From Eledone cirrhosa (Eukaryota), in contig OZ024749.1 in assembly GCA_964016885.1 (NCBI GenBank), positions 27,900,001 through 27,964,000 on the forward strand: 64,000 nt of DNA. Direction: 5' to 3'. How positions within the stretch are numbered: position 1 is the first letter of the stretch; every line of letters starts with the position of its first letter. Below are positions 1-12,756 of this stretch, in pieces. A program made the translations under genes and the position numbers. The notes beneath the pieces are model-generated. The model ran no database searches. It saw only the letters and a program-made list of their open reading frames with translations, and was not told where the DNA came from.

Positions 1-1443
1 AGTGTCTCTAGCTATACCAACAGATATACCAAGCCTACATTAGTACACACAGTGTCTCAAGCTATACCAATAGATATACCAAGTCCTACATTAGTACACA
101 GTGTCTATAGATATACCAATTCCTACATTAGTACACAGTGTCTATAGATATACCAAGTCCTACAATAGTACACAGTGTCTCTAGCTATACCAATATATAT
201 ACCAAGTCCTACATTAGTACATAGTGTCTATAGTTATACCAATAGATATACCTAGTCCTACATTAGTGCATAGTGTCTCTAGCTATACCAATAGATATAC
301 CTAGTCCTACATTAGTACATAGTGTCTCTAGCTATACCAACAGATATACCAAGCCTACATTAGTACATAGTGTCTCTAGCTATACCAACAGATATACCAA
401 GCCTACATTAGTACACACAGTGTCTCAAGCTATACCAATAGATATACCAAGTCCTACATTAGTACACAGTGTCTATAGATATACCAATTCCTACATTAGT
501 ACACAGTGTCTATAGATATACCAAGTCCTACAATAGTACACAGTGTCTCTAGCTATACCAATATATATACCAAGTCCTACATTAGTACATAGTGTCTATA
601 GTTATACCAATAGATATACCTAGTCCTACATTAGTGCATAGTGTCTCTAGCTATACCAATAGATATACCTAGTCCTACATTAGTACATAGTGTCTCTAGC
701 TATACCAATAGATATACCTAGTCCTACATTAGTGCATAGTGTCTCTAGCTATACCAATAGATATACCAAGTCCTACATTAGTACATAGTGTCTCTAGCTA
801 TACCAATATATATACCAAGTCCTACATTAGTACACAGTGTCTCTAGCTATACCAATAGATATACCAAGTCCTACATTAGTACATAGTGTCTATAGATATA
901 CCAAGTCCTACATTAGTACATAGTGTCTATAGATATACCAAGTCCTACATTAGTACATAGTGTCTCTAGCTATACCAATATATATACCAAGTCCAACATT
1001 AGTACACAGTGTCTCTAGCTATACCAATAGATATACCTAGTCCTACATTAGTACATAGTGTCTATAGATATACCAATAGATATACCAAGTCCTACATTAG
1101 TACATAGTGTCTATAGATATACCAAGTCCAACATTAGTACACAGTGTCTCTAGCTATACCAATAGATATACCTAGTCCTACATTAGTACACAGTGTCTAT
1201 AGATATACCAATAAATATACCAAGTCCTACATTAGTACATAGTGTCTATAGATATACCAAGTCCAACATTAGTACACAGTGTCTCTAGCTATACCAATAT
1301 ATATACCTAGTCCTACATTAGTACACAGTGTCTCTAGATATACCAATAGATATACCAAGTCCTACATTAGTACACAGTGTCTCTAGCTATACCAATAGAT
1401 ATACCAAGTCCTACATTAGTACACAGTGTCTATAGATATACCA
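1..1443. repeat. 49-bp minisatellite (TAGTACACAGTGTCTCTAGCTATACCAATAGATATACCAAGTCCTACAT) with 37-bp short variants
   Basis: Unit read directly; a diagnostic variant block at 1 recurs at 369 (~368-bp higher-order duplication). Confidence 0.95.
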
Positions 1444-1559
1444 AAGCCCTCAATAATATAGTGTGTGTGGCTAGACGAATAGATATACCAAAGCTGTGAC
1501 TAGTACACATAGATGTACCAATTGCCAAACACTATATGCTAAGTAGATTGTAAAAGTGC

Positions 1560-1601
<42 letters not shown>

Positions 1602-1734
1602 GTAAAAGTACACACATATATATGTGTGTCTATATATATATATAGTTGTAAGAGTATACATATATATGTTATATGTATATATAAAATTGTCAATATGTTT
1701 CTTAGTCATGGCAATTATCTATACATCTATCTAC

Positions 1735-1780
<46 letters not shown>

Positions 1781-1781
1781 G

Positions 1782-1820
<39 letters not shown>

Positions 1821-1843
1821 GTAATATATATATATATATAATG

Positions 1844-1879
<36 letters not shown>

Positions 1880-1880
<1 letters not shown>

Positions 1881-2066
1881 GAAGGAATTGTGGTAAGGAA
1901 CCAGATGGACCATAACGCACCAGAGTACTCAATACTTAGGGTAGTAGAGTGGATAATAGGAAAAAGTATGACCCCGACGGCAGAGCTCAAGCCGTTTCGA
2001 CGGCTATTTCAGTCCAGAAATAGCCGTCAAAACGGCTTGAGCTCTGCAGTCGGGGTCATACTTTTT

Positions 2067-2070
<4 letters not shown>
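1880..2070 (-). mobile_element. Fold-back element in (TA)n: ~54-bp inverted arms plus tail carrying the ACTC..GAGTACT stem
   Basis: Arms 1957-2010 / 2017-2070 with a 6-nt loop; minus-strand tail ACTCTACTACCCTAAGTATTGAGTACT at 1924-1950; related arms at 12621-12680, 27790-27865, 53550-53605, 62005-62045. Confidence 0.7.
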
Positions 2071-2109
<39 letters not shown>

Positions 2110-2123
2110 TAGATAGATACATG

Positions 2124-2168
<45 letters not shown>

Positions 2169-2619
2169 TTACTTACATACATATAAATACACATGCACAT
2201 ATACATGTTTGAAAGAAGAGAGAGAGAAGGATAATAAACAGATGTATATGAATGTATGTATGTGTGAGTGAGTGTGTCAGCATGGTGTGTGTGTGTGTGT
2301 GTGTGTGTGTCAGTGTGGTATGTGTGTGTGTGTGCTTGCTTTTTCTGTTTGTCCATCAACAACCATCTGATGAACAAATATAGGTGTGTATAGATATCTA
2401 CAAGATGTATTGGTGCACATTTGTAAACACACACACACATACACACACACGTATGTACCCATGACTTCTCATAGAGGTGCAGGGGTGCCATAGTCTCATA
2501 CAGCTTTTCTTGGGCATTTAAAAAAAAAGCCAATGGCCCCCATCCTCTCTCCAAGTCTGAACACAGCCTAACTCTTCCAGAGAGAGAGAGAGAGAGAGAG
2601 AGAGAAGTGAGAAAGTGAG

Positions 2620-2935
2620 GAGAATCAACTCCAGTATTCAACTGGTACTTTTTCTATCTACCTTGAAGGGATGAAAGGTAAAGTGATAAAGATATATAGG
2701 AGAATCAACTCCAGTATTCAACTGGTACTTTTTCTATCTACCTTGAAGGGATGAAAGGTAAAGTGATAAAGATATATAGGAGAGTCAACCCCAGTATTTA
2801 ACTGGTACTTTTTTTATCGACTTCAAAAGGATGAGAGGTAACATTTACCTCAGTAGGATTTGTACTCGGAGAGCAGAGAGCTGGAACAAATACCACAAAG
2901 CATTCTATTTGACGTCGTAAAGACTCTGCCATTTC
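2620..2935 (-). mobile_element. tRNA-derived SINE with Meta-like domain, 3' part triplicated
   Basis: Reverse complement contains the CCTTTCATCC..GGT(A/C)GATA..AAAGTACCAG motif three times. Confidence 0.65.
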
Positions 2936-2944
2936 ACTGCAATA

Positions 2945-3825
2945 TATATAAAAATTCAAGCATGTTTTGCAGCATGAAGACCAGAAACAGGAGGTGTTCA
3001 GAATTGCAAGGCTGTGCGTCAGGGAAAATTGCGATGTCATTGGTGAGAAGGAGTATCCGGGATGATAAAGGTGCACTTGCCCTCACAAGCGCCGAAAAGA
3101 AAGCTGCATGGAAGAACCATTATGAAAGATTACTGAATGAGGAGAATGCATGGGAAAAAGAGACTCTACCCCAAGTGGACCCTACAAAGGACCCAACCAT
3201 ACAAGACAGCAGCAGTGTAGTAACTAAGGCAATTAAGGATATAAAACCAGGAAAGCAGCCGGTTCATCAGGAATAGTTACTGAGATGCTGAAAGCATCTA
3301 GGTCGGTAGGTCACATCTTAACCATAAGTATTATAAACCAAGTAATACTAAATGGTGCCATACCAAATGATTGGCGCAGCAGCATCATTGTCAACTGCTA
3401 CAAGGGTAAAGGAGATGCATTAGATGGAGGAAACTATAGAGGCATCAGGTTGACTGGGTGTTGTGTGCAGAGGACCTGCACAGATTGGAAAGGAATGAAG
3501 CATGCATGCTGCGTTGGATGTGTAATAGTAATATACATGAATGACAAAACATAAATGAACTAAGTGAGAAATTAGGAATAAGAAGGATCAGATGCAGTTT
3601 ACTTGAGAGGAGATTATGTTGGTATGGTCACGTGATGCGCATGAAAGGCGACAGCTGTATAAAAAGTGCAGGGAGATCAAAATTGATGGAAGCTATGGAG
3701 TAGGTAGACCCAGAAAAACCTGGGATGACATGATAAAAACTGACCTTGCACACTTACACCTCTCTAAGACAATGTCACTGGATCGAGACCTTTGGCGCTA
3801 CGCAGTAATACAGAAGACCCGCCTT
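2945..3825 (+). mobile_element. Decayed, internally deleted RTE-clade LINE ORF fragment
   Basis: Translated pieces WKNHYERLLNEEN, IPNDWRSSIIVNCYKGKGDALDGGNYRGIRL and GRPRKTWDDMIKTDL; frameshifts; RT core missing. Confidence 0.9.
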
Positions 3826-3844
3826 CTCTTATCATCATCATTCA

Positions 3845-4181
3845 TCATCATCATTCCATTTTACGTCCACTTTTTCCCTGCTTGCAAGGGTGGGACGGGA
3901 ACTGATTCTGGCTTGATTTCTACAGCTGGATGCCCTTCCTAACACCAACCTCATTTATAGTGAGTGCTGGGTGCTTTTTTGCCGTGGCACCTCCACGACC
4001 ACTTTGCAGTGGAATGATATGGACCCCAGTCCTATCATCTCATTTCTACAGCTGAGTAAACTGGAGCAATGTGAAATAAAGTGTCTTGCTCAAGGAAACA
4101 ACACATCACCCAGTCTGGGAATTGAACTCACAACCTTTTGATTGCAAGGCCAATGCTCTAACCACTAAGCCATGTGCCTCC
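3845..4181 (-). mobile_element. tRNA-head composite SINE with RTE-type 3' tail
   Basis: Head GGAGGCACATGGCTTAGTGGTTAGAGC with B-box GAGTTCAATTC; central CCTTGAGCAAGACACTT; GTTAGGAAGGGCATCCAGC; tail GGACGTAAAATG..(ATG)n; near-identical copies elsewhere in the window. Confidence 0.9.
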
Positions 4182-4309
4182 ATATGTATGAAGTTAAACC
4201 TACAGCCAGTAGACACCTCTTGACCCAATATACAACCCACCCCAATAGCCCTACTCCATCCTCCCACTCCCACCAACACCACCCTTTCTCTGTAAAGTTA
4301 TGTTGGTAC

Positions 4310-4590
4310 CACAGAATATCCAGTCCACACTGTAAAGTGGTCGTGTAGGTGCCACGACAAAAAGCACCCAGTCCACACTGTAAAGAGGTCGTGTAGGTAA
4401 CACGGTAAAACGACTCCCAGTCCACACTGTAAATGTGGTTGGTGTTAGGAAGGGCATCCAGCCGCAGAAAACCTACCAGATAGTCCTATACGAGTGAGAC
4501 ATGGTCACCCGACGAATTTTGCCTCAAGTGGGACAGTCCCGTCTAACCCATGCTAGTGTAGAAGATGGACGTTAAACGATGATGATGATA
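4310..4590 (+). mobile_element. SINE/RTE 3'-tail fragment with internal ~45-bp repeats
   Basis: CAGTCCACACTGTAAA x3, GTTAGGAAGGGCATCC, CCCATGCTAG..GGACGTTAAACGATGATG. Confidence 0.75.
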
Positions 4591-4800
4591 TATGTATATA
4601 TAATGTATAAACTCACACATGTATATATGCAGATATCCCTTAGGCGGGGCATAAGAAACAATGACTACATGAGTAGATACACCCCCCTTATATAACAATG
4701 GGATCCTCTCTAGCTGTGTAGTGAGTAAAATAACCACCCCACCCCACCCCACCAACTCAGCAGAAATGAGGGAGGAGGGAATGATGAGTCAGAGGATTAC

Positions 4801-5545
4801 ATCATGTTGGTGGTGATGGTGATGGTGGTAGTGGTGGTGGTGGTGGTTATGGTGGTGGTAGTGGTGGTGGTAGTGGTGGTGGTGGAAGTGGTGGTGGTAG
4901 TGGTAGTGGTGGTGGTAGTGGAAGTGGTGGTGGTGGTGGTGGTTGTGAGGGTTGTGGTGGTTATGGTGGAGCTTATGGTGGTGGTGGTAGTTGTGATGGT
5001 GGTAGTGGTGGTTGTGATGGTGGTGGTGGTGGTGGTTGTAGTGGTGGTGATGGTGGTAGTGGTGGTGGTGGAAGTGGTGGTGGTAGTGGTAGTGGTGGTG
5101 GTAGTGGAAGTGGTGGTGGAAGTGGTGGTGGTAGTGGTGGTGGTAGTGAGGGTTGTGGTGGTTATGGTGGAGCTTATGGTGGTGGTGGTAGTTGTGATGG
5201 TGGTAGTGGTGGTTGTGATGGTGGTGGTGGTGGTCATGATGGTGGTGGTGGTGATGGTGATGGTGGTGGTGATAGTGGTAGTTGTGGTGGTGGTGGTGGT
5301 GGTGGTGATAGTGGTAGTTGTGGTGGTGGTGGTGGTGGTGGTGATAGTGGTGGTGGTGGTGGTGGTGGTGGTAGTGGTGGTGATGGTGGTGGTGGCAGTG
5401 GGGATGATGGTGGTGGTGGCGGAAGTGGTGATTATGGTGGTGGCGGTAATGGTGGAGGTGGTAGTGTGCTGTGAATTGTGGTGGCAGTGGTAGTGATGAT
5501 GGTGTAACTACAGTGCATTAAAAATGATGATGGTGATGGTGGAGG
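4801..5545. repeat. (GGT/GAT)n degenerate trinucleotide repeat
   Basis: Read directly; explains the poly-V and poly-T ORFs. Confidence 0.95.
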
Positions 5546-5737
5546 ATCAGAAATAGCATTAAATATGCAACATAGACAAAATACTTTGTTCTGTGAGAGA
5601 GAATGGAGGGAGACTGATGAGACTTGCCTAAGGCACTGGTCTGTTTCACTTATTTCTGCTTAAGTCATTTCACTGCTACAACATACACACATACCACCAC
5701 CCCATATATATATACACACATACATATATATATAAAC

Positions 5738-5768
<31 letters not shown>

Positions 5769-5934
5769 CACATACATATATATCACCACGTACCACTACC
5801 ACCACCACCACCACCACCTATATATATAAACAGACATGTATACAAACAGGTGTACATGTGTTTGTTGTAACATATATGTATATTTTAATATATACAGAGA
5901 CATATACCGTTTTTGTGTGTGTGTGTATATATAT

Positions 5935-6440
5935 AGAGAGAGTGAGAGTGAGAGAGAGAGAGAGTGAGAGTGAGAGAAAGAGGGAGAGAAGAGGTAGGGA
6001 GAGAAAGAGGGAGAGAAGAGGTAGGGAGAGAAAGAGGGAGAGAAGAGGTAGGGAGAGAAAGAGGGAGAGAAGAGGTAGGGAGAGAAAGAGGGAGAGAAGA
6101 GGTAGGGAGAGAAAGTGGGAGAGAAGAGGTAGGGAGAGAAAGTGGGAGAGAAAGTGGGAGAGAAGAGGTAGGGAGAGAGAGAGAGGGAGAGAAGAGGTAG
6201 GGAGAGAAAGAGGGAGAGAAGAGGTAGGGAGAGAAAGTGGGAGAGAAAGTGGGAGAGAAAGTGGGAGAGAAGAGGTAGGGAGAGAGAGAGAGGGAGAGAA
6301 GAGGTAGGGAGAGAAAGTGGGAGAGAAGAGGTAGGGAGAGAGAGAGAGGGAGAGAAGAGGTAGGGAGAGAAAGTGGGAGAGAAAGTGGGAGAGAAGAGGT
6401 AGGGAGAGAGAGAGAGGGAGAGAAGAGGTAGGGAGAGAAG
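5935..6440. repeat. Purine-rich 27-bp minisatellite (GAGAAAGAGGGAGAGAAGAGGTAGGGA)
   Basis: Tandem unit read directly. Confidence 0.95.
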
Positions 6441-6799
6441 ATTATGTAAACGAGCACAGAGTATAAATAAGATTTGTTACAAGCAATTATTTCTAACTTT
6501 GCCCAAAATTTACAAATTACAAGTTGGGACATATTCAGCTTCAGCACATACATACATACATACGTGCATACATACATAGGTACCTACGCATATATACATA
6601 CACACACACACACACAATCATCATCATCATCATCCTCATCATCACCACCGTCATCATAATCAATGTTTAGCGCCATTTTTCCATGCTTGTATGGGTTAGG
6701 CGGGCTGTCCATGTTGGGAGTCAAGTCTGGCCAGAGTTGGTCACACTGTACCTTGCTCCGACGAGGCCTGTATATATATATATATATATATCTTTTCTT

Positions 6800-7125
6800 T
6801 TCATTTTACGTCCACTTTTCCCTGCTTGCAAGGGTGGGACGGGAACTGATTCTCGCTTGATTTCTACAGCTGGATGCCCTTCCTAACACCAACCTCATTT
6901 ACAGTGAGTGCTGGGTGCTTTTTTGCCGTGGCGCCTACACGTCCACTTTGCAGTGGAATGATAGGGACCCAAGTCCTATCATCTCATTTCTACAGCTGAG
7001 TAAACTGGAGCAATGTGAAATAAAGTGTCTTGCTCAAGGAAACAACACATCACCCGGCCTGAGAATTGAACTCACAACCTTTCGATTGCAAGGCCAATGC
7101 TCTAACCACTAAGCCATGTGCATCC
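6800..7125 (-). mobile_element. tRNA-head composite SINE copy
   Basis: Highly similar to 3845-4181. Confidence 0.9.
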
Positions 7126-7149
7126 ATATATATATATATATATACACCT

Positions 7150-7793
7150 TTTCCAATCCCAGGAAGGATCCATAGAAGTGGTTGAGATAGCTTCTGTTAC
7201 CTAGGTGATATTATTAGCAATGGAGGAAGGTGCTTGGAGAGCATAGTAACTAGAATAAGGACAGGATGGAAGAAGTTTAGGGAACTGCTACCCCTGCTAA
7301 CAACAAAACTGTCTCCCTACAAATGAAAGGTTGTTTGCATGATACCTGTGTGTGAAGAGCCATGCTGTATGGTAGAGAAACATGGGCAGTGAGTGCAGAG
7401 GACATGTTATGGCTGGAGAGAAATCAAGCAACCATGGATGTGCAATGTTAATGTGCAGGAATGACAAAGCATGGATGAACTGAGGGGGAAACTGAGTATA
7501 AAAGGAATCTGAAGTGGTGGGCAGGACAGGAGACTATGTTGGTATAGACATATGATGCTCATGAATGATGATCGCTGGGTGAAGAAATGCCAAGAAATCC
7601 TAATGGAAGGAAGCCACAGTAGAGGAAGACCAAGGAAGACCTGGATGGATGTGGTGAGAGCTGATCTCAGATCACTAAAGCTCACGGAAGAGATGTCAAA
7701 GGAATGCAACAAGTGGAAAGATGCTGTACTGAGAAGGACCTTCACAACCCATGCAAGCATGAAACAACGGACGTAAAATGATGATGATGATGA
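7150..7793 (+). mobile_element. 5'-truncated RTE LINE 3' end with (ATG)n tail
   Basis: RIRTGWKKFRELLPLL and GRPRKTWMDVVRADL; ends CCCATGCAAGCATGAAACAACGGACGTAAAATGATGATG. Confidence 0.9.
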
Positions 7794-7960
7794 TTATATA
7801 TATATATATATATACACACATACATTCATAAATACATATTTATATATGTATATACACAAGCATACATATATAAATATACACACATATGTATATACCCAAG
7901 CATTCATATATAAACATACCCACATATATACTTACACATGCACACACGTGTGTGTGCTGC

Positions 7961-7995
<35 letters not shown>

Positions 7996-9301
7996 TATTT
8001 ACATAAATATATTGATGAGGAGTCATCATCATCATCATTGGAAAGAAAAATGAAAGAATCTCAAAGAATCTGCTTGTCTGTGGAATCGGTTGTGTTTTAG
8101 CAACAGAAAGGGCTTTATGATGATCATCATCATCATCTTTTTAAAAAATGTGAGCAGTCAGAGGGAAGCTGGGGATTCTTAAACCACCATTAAAACAACA
8201 TGTTCTTTTGGGGCCTACACAAATTATGCGAGATGAAAGAATTGGTTAAAACAGGGAATTATTTTATGGAGAATAGAATTCCTGGAAGATTTCCACCACA
8301 ACCTCCACCTTCCACACTCAACCAAGTCTTCCATTACTACCACCTTCCACCAGCACCACACTCCACCCCACCACTAACATCCTCCTCCACCCCACCACCA
8401 ACATCCTCTTCGACCACCACACTCCACCCCAGTCCACCCTCCAACCCACCACCACCACAACCATAAAACCCCCCAGCAACACCTCACATTATATGTTTAA
8501 GGTCTAAACAGTATGGCAGGGAGGTGGGTGGCTATAGTGTGGTGGCAGTGGTGGCTATGGTGAGGGGGGGGGGGGGTAGTGGTGGAGGTTATAAAAGGGT
8601 GTTGGAGGTGGCAATAGGGGTGGAGTGGGGCAGCTGGTGAGGAGATATGAGGTGTGGCTGTTGAGGGTGGTGGTGGCACCTGAATTATTAACAGAGTAGA
8701 GGCTGAAGCTGGGGTGTAGTGGGAATAACTATGGAGCAATATCTATCTAGCTATCATCATCATAATCATTACCACTTATATATCATCATCATCATTGCAT
8801 GTACCCTACCACACCTACCACCATCACCATCACCATCACCATCACCATCACACCTAGCATTATCACCACCACCATCATCACAACCATCATCATCATCTCA
8901 ATTACCTCCACCATCACCACCAGCATCATTATCAACATCACCTCCATCACACCTGATGCTCACCATCATCATCATCTCAATTACCACCACCATCATTATC
9001 AACATCACCACCAGTACACCTGCTGCTTACCAGCATCATCATCTCAATTACCACCACCACCACCACCACTAGCATCACTTTTCATCAGTTTAAAAATCAC
9101 ATGTCCATAATTACATCCAAACAGAGCATCTCGTTAGCGATATTACATTGAAATAGATCTCGTTAACCCTCTGATCCATTTCTTCTCTTTTTTTAAAGTT
9201 TTTCATAAAAAATGTATAATGATGTCTTGAAGCAACATTCGATGCAATGTTTTAATGATTCTACCATTTATTCCGGCCTTATTCAAGGCTTACCTAGGGC
9301 T

Positions 9302-9343
<42 letters not shown>

Positions 9344-9844
9344 ATAAATTATCGAGATTCGCATTTCGGCACTTGAAATAACGAAAAACAACCTCCAAGA
9401 TGTGAGGCAAGTGCTCAATGATTCAGATGAACCAGAGCTATAACAAACGTTAAAGGCCAAACACACTGAGACGATAGTTAAACAATCATTCGCATAGCCA
9501 AAAAAACGATCAAGTAATTCGGGTATTGAAAATTTACCCGGACCCCTGGAAGGTTGGTAAAATCCAGTATTTGGGTTTCTGCGGCTCCTAAATCAAGTAC
9601 CGTCTGCTTACATAAATAACGTCAGGCTTCTGGTAAGATGATTGAACAAGGAAGCCACTTTCTCAACAGGTTTTAGTTCAATGTTAATACAAGGACTGAC
9701 TATTGCTGACCCCACATGGGGATCAGCAAGGGAGGCAGCCCCTATATCAGGCGAATAAATTCAGTTGTGTATATTTTTGCAAGAATGCAAAAACATCACA
9801 AGTCGAATAGAGTTCTCTCTCTCTCTATATATATATATATAGAT

Positions 9845-10294
9845 TTTGAGTGTATGTTGGTTGTATACCAACACCTCAGTATGCAGGCTGGAGCACTCGA
9901 CGAAGTGCGCAGGTTGGTTTCGTTACTCCGGAGTAATGTAAAATAAAGTTAAATAAAAAGTCAAATGTTTAAAATTTAGCTTCGTTTATTGCTGCTATAT
10001 ATATTTCAGTGACAGCCATCTTTGGCTGTGACCTCTTCAGGCAGTCTGAACCAGTGTGGTACAGACAAGCACACATGTTGTTGAGGTGTATAATACTGTC
10101 AATACTCTGATATGCCCAGTTCCTGGTTGGGCCGTCATTTCACTGAGGAACCGGAATCATGATATGATTCCGGTTCCTCAGTGAACTGGTTCGGACTGCC
10201 TGAAGAGGTCACAGCCAAAGATGGCTGTCACTGAAATATATATAGCAGCAATAAACAAAGCTAAATTTTAAACATTTGACTTTTTATTTAACTT

Positions 10295-10301
<7 letters not shown>
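9845..10301. mobile_element. Fold-back element with paired hammerhead ribozymes, nested hairpin and ACTC..GAGTGCT tail
   Basis: Arms ~9938-10055 / 10185-10301; flanked by (TA)n on both sides. Confidence 0.8.
10196..10248 (+). ncRNA. Type I minimal hammerhead ribozyme
   Basis: CTGC|CTGAAGA-GGTCACAGCC-AAAGAT-GGCTGTCACT-GAAA-TATATA-TA|GCAG followed by AATAAA; mirror copy on the minus strand at ~9992-10044. Confidence 0.8.
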
Positions 10302-10332
<31 letters not shown>

Positions 10333-10335
<3 letters not shown>

Positions 10336-10476
10336 TGTTAGGAAGGGCATCCAGCCGTAGAAAACCTGCCAGACAGTCCTATGCGAGCAAGACAACCATT
10401 CTTGCCTCAAGTGGGAAAACTCCCGTCCAAACCCATGCAAGCGTGGAAGATGGACGTTAAACGATGATGATGATGA

Positions 10477-10480
<4 letters not shown>
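10333..10480 (+). mobile_element. SINE/RTE 3'-tail fragment
   Basis: GTTAGGAAGGGCATCCAGCC..CCCATGCAAGCGTGGAAGATGGACGTTAAACGATGATG. Confidence 0.75.
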
Positions 10481-10516
<36 letters not shown>

Positions 10517-11249
10517 GGTGTCCCAAAGAAATGTATACACACTTTGATTACCTGTACAGGCAATATTTATTAGTATGCTGTTGATATATATATGCATACA
10601 TACACTACGTGTGTGTGTGTATAAATATAAATGTATGTGCGCATGTATGTGTATAGGTATATATATATATATACGAAAGTATGTATATGTATATATATAT
10701 ATATTTATTTATGAGTGTGTGTATATATGTGTGTAGAAATCCTGTTACAGGAATGTATAACAGATTATAATATATTTCAGTGTCTTCAGATAACAAAAGT
10801 ATAGCCTATATAGAATGTCATTAACGGAACACACACATATACACTCACTAACACACATACATACACATATACACTCACTAACACACATACACATACATAC
10901 ACACATATATTTACACAAACACACACACACAGAATCAGTGACAGTTCCACAGAGAAAAATCTCTAATAGACTAATATGGCCAAGACTGTAATTGAAAGGA
11001 GGATGACGATGATGAGGATGCAGAGGAAGAGGAGGAGGTGGAGGGGAGGGAGAAGAGGAGGAGGGGTGTTAAAATGTAAAAAAAGATGGGATTTGTTGAA
11101 AATGTCATCCACCATTTAAAACAACATTGGAGACAAATATATCAGAGATATTGCAGACACCACATTGTCAAAGACAGAAGAAGACTAAGTGGGTGCTTAA
11201 TCTCATAGCAATACCAGTGAAATATATCTGGAAAATATACAACAAACAC

Positions 11250-11860
11250 TCCAGTATTGTAAAGTGATAGTGCTGGTGCCAGACTAAAAAGCAACCAGTC
11301 CACTCAGTAAAATGGAAATGCTGGTGCCATGCTAAAAGGCAACAAGTCCACCCTGTAAAGTAATAGTGCTAGTGCCATAATAAAAGGCAACCAGTCCATT
11401 ATGTAAAATGGTAGCACTAGTGACACAATAAAAGTCACCCAGTCTACTCTGTAATGTGGTAGTGCTGGTGCCAGGTTAAAAGGTGACCAGTCCATCCTGT
11501 AAAATGGTAGTGCTGGTGTCACAGTAAAATACACGCAGCCCACTCTGTAATGTGGTAGTACTGGTGCCATGGTAAAAGACAGCCAACCAACTCTGTAAAG
11601 TGGTAGTGTTGATGCCACAAAAAAATGCACCCATTACACTGTGTAATGTGGTTCTGCTGGTGTCACAATAAAAGGTATCCAATTCACCCTGTAAAGTGGA
11701 AGTGCTGGTGCCACAAAAAAATGCACCCATTACACTGTGTAATGTGGTTGTGCTGGTGTCACAATAAAAGGTATCCAATTCACCCTTTAAAGTGGAAGTG
11801 CTGGTGCCATAATAAATGCACCCCAGTCCACACTGTAAAATGGCAGTAATTGTACCATGA
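11250..11860. repeat. ~45-bp degenerate minisatellite derived from the SINE/LINE tail unit
   Basis: Unit CCAGTCCAC(A/T)CTGTAAA(G/A)TGGTAGTGCTGGTGCCACAAAAAAGCAC resembles 4320-4430 and 13535-13630. Confidence 0.8.
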
Positions 11861-12072
11861 TAAAACACATGCAACCAAGAAAGCCTAGTGGAAGGAAGCT
11901 GCAGTAAAGAAAATCTGGATGGAAGTGGCAGGAGCTGATCCCAGATCACAAGCTCACGGAGGAGATGACAAAGGAACGCAACAAGTGAAGAGATGCTGTA
12001 CTGAGAAGGACCTGTCCAACCCATACAAGCATGGAACAATGGATGTAAAATGATGATGATATATATATATAT

Positions 12073-12412
12073 GGAGGCACATGGCTTAGTGGTTAGAGCA
12101 TTGGCCTTGCAATCGGAAGGTTGTGAGTTCAACTCTCAGACCGGGTGATGTGTTGTTTCCTTGAGCAAGACACTTTATTTCACATTGCTCCAGTTTACTC
12201 AGCTGTAGAAATGAGATGATAGGACTGGGGTCCATATTATTCCACTGCAAAGTGGTCGTGGAGGTGCCACGGCAAAAAAGCACCCAGCACTCACTGTAAA
12301 TGAGGTTGGTGTTAGGAAGGGCATCCAGCTGTAGAAATCAAGCCAGAATCAGTTCCCGTCCCACCCTTGCAAGCAGGGAAAAGCGGACGTAAAAATGAAA
12401 TGAAATGATGAA
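12073..12412 (+). mobile_element. tRNA-head composite SINE copy (full length)
   Basis: A-box TGGCTTAGTGG, B-box GAGTTCAACTC, tail GCGGACGTAAAAATGAAATG. Confidence 0.9.
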
Positions 12413-12756
12413 ATGATACATACATACACACACTCAAACATGTACACACACAGAGACATACACATATATATAATTATTCCTCTGAATTTTTCAATTTTCA
12501 ACGGAAACTTCAATACTTATATATATATATATATACACGCACACACACATATGTATTTACACATACACACACACACATATATATATATACATACCTAACA
12601 TATATATATATATATATATATCCAGAAATAGCCGTCGAAACGGCTTGAGCTCTGCCGTCGGGGTCATTCTTTTTCCTATATATATATATATATATATGGG
12701 TACATATATATATATATATATATATATAAACATATATATATATATATATATATATA

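Noticed and set aside
6915-7112. Recurrent 'conserved' ORF ..FLQLSKLEQCEIKCLAQGNNTSPG..
   Set aside because: It is the antisense translation of the multi-copy SINE, not a gene family.
12073-12145. tRNA gene (also at the other SINE heads)
   Set aside because: A and B boxes are present, but the acceptor and anticodon stems do not pair well and the sequence continues into the SINE body in all copies.
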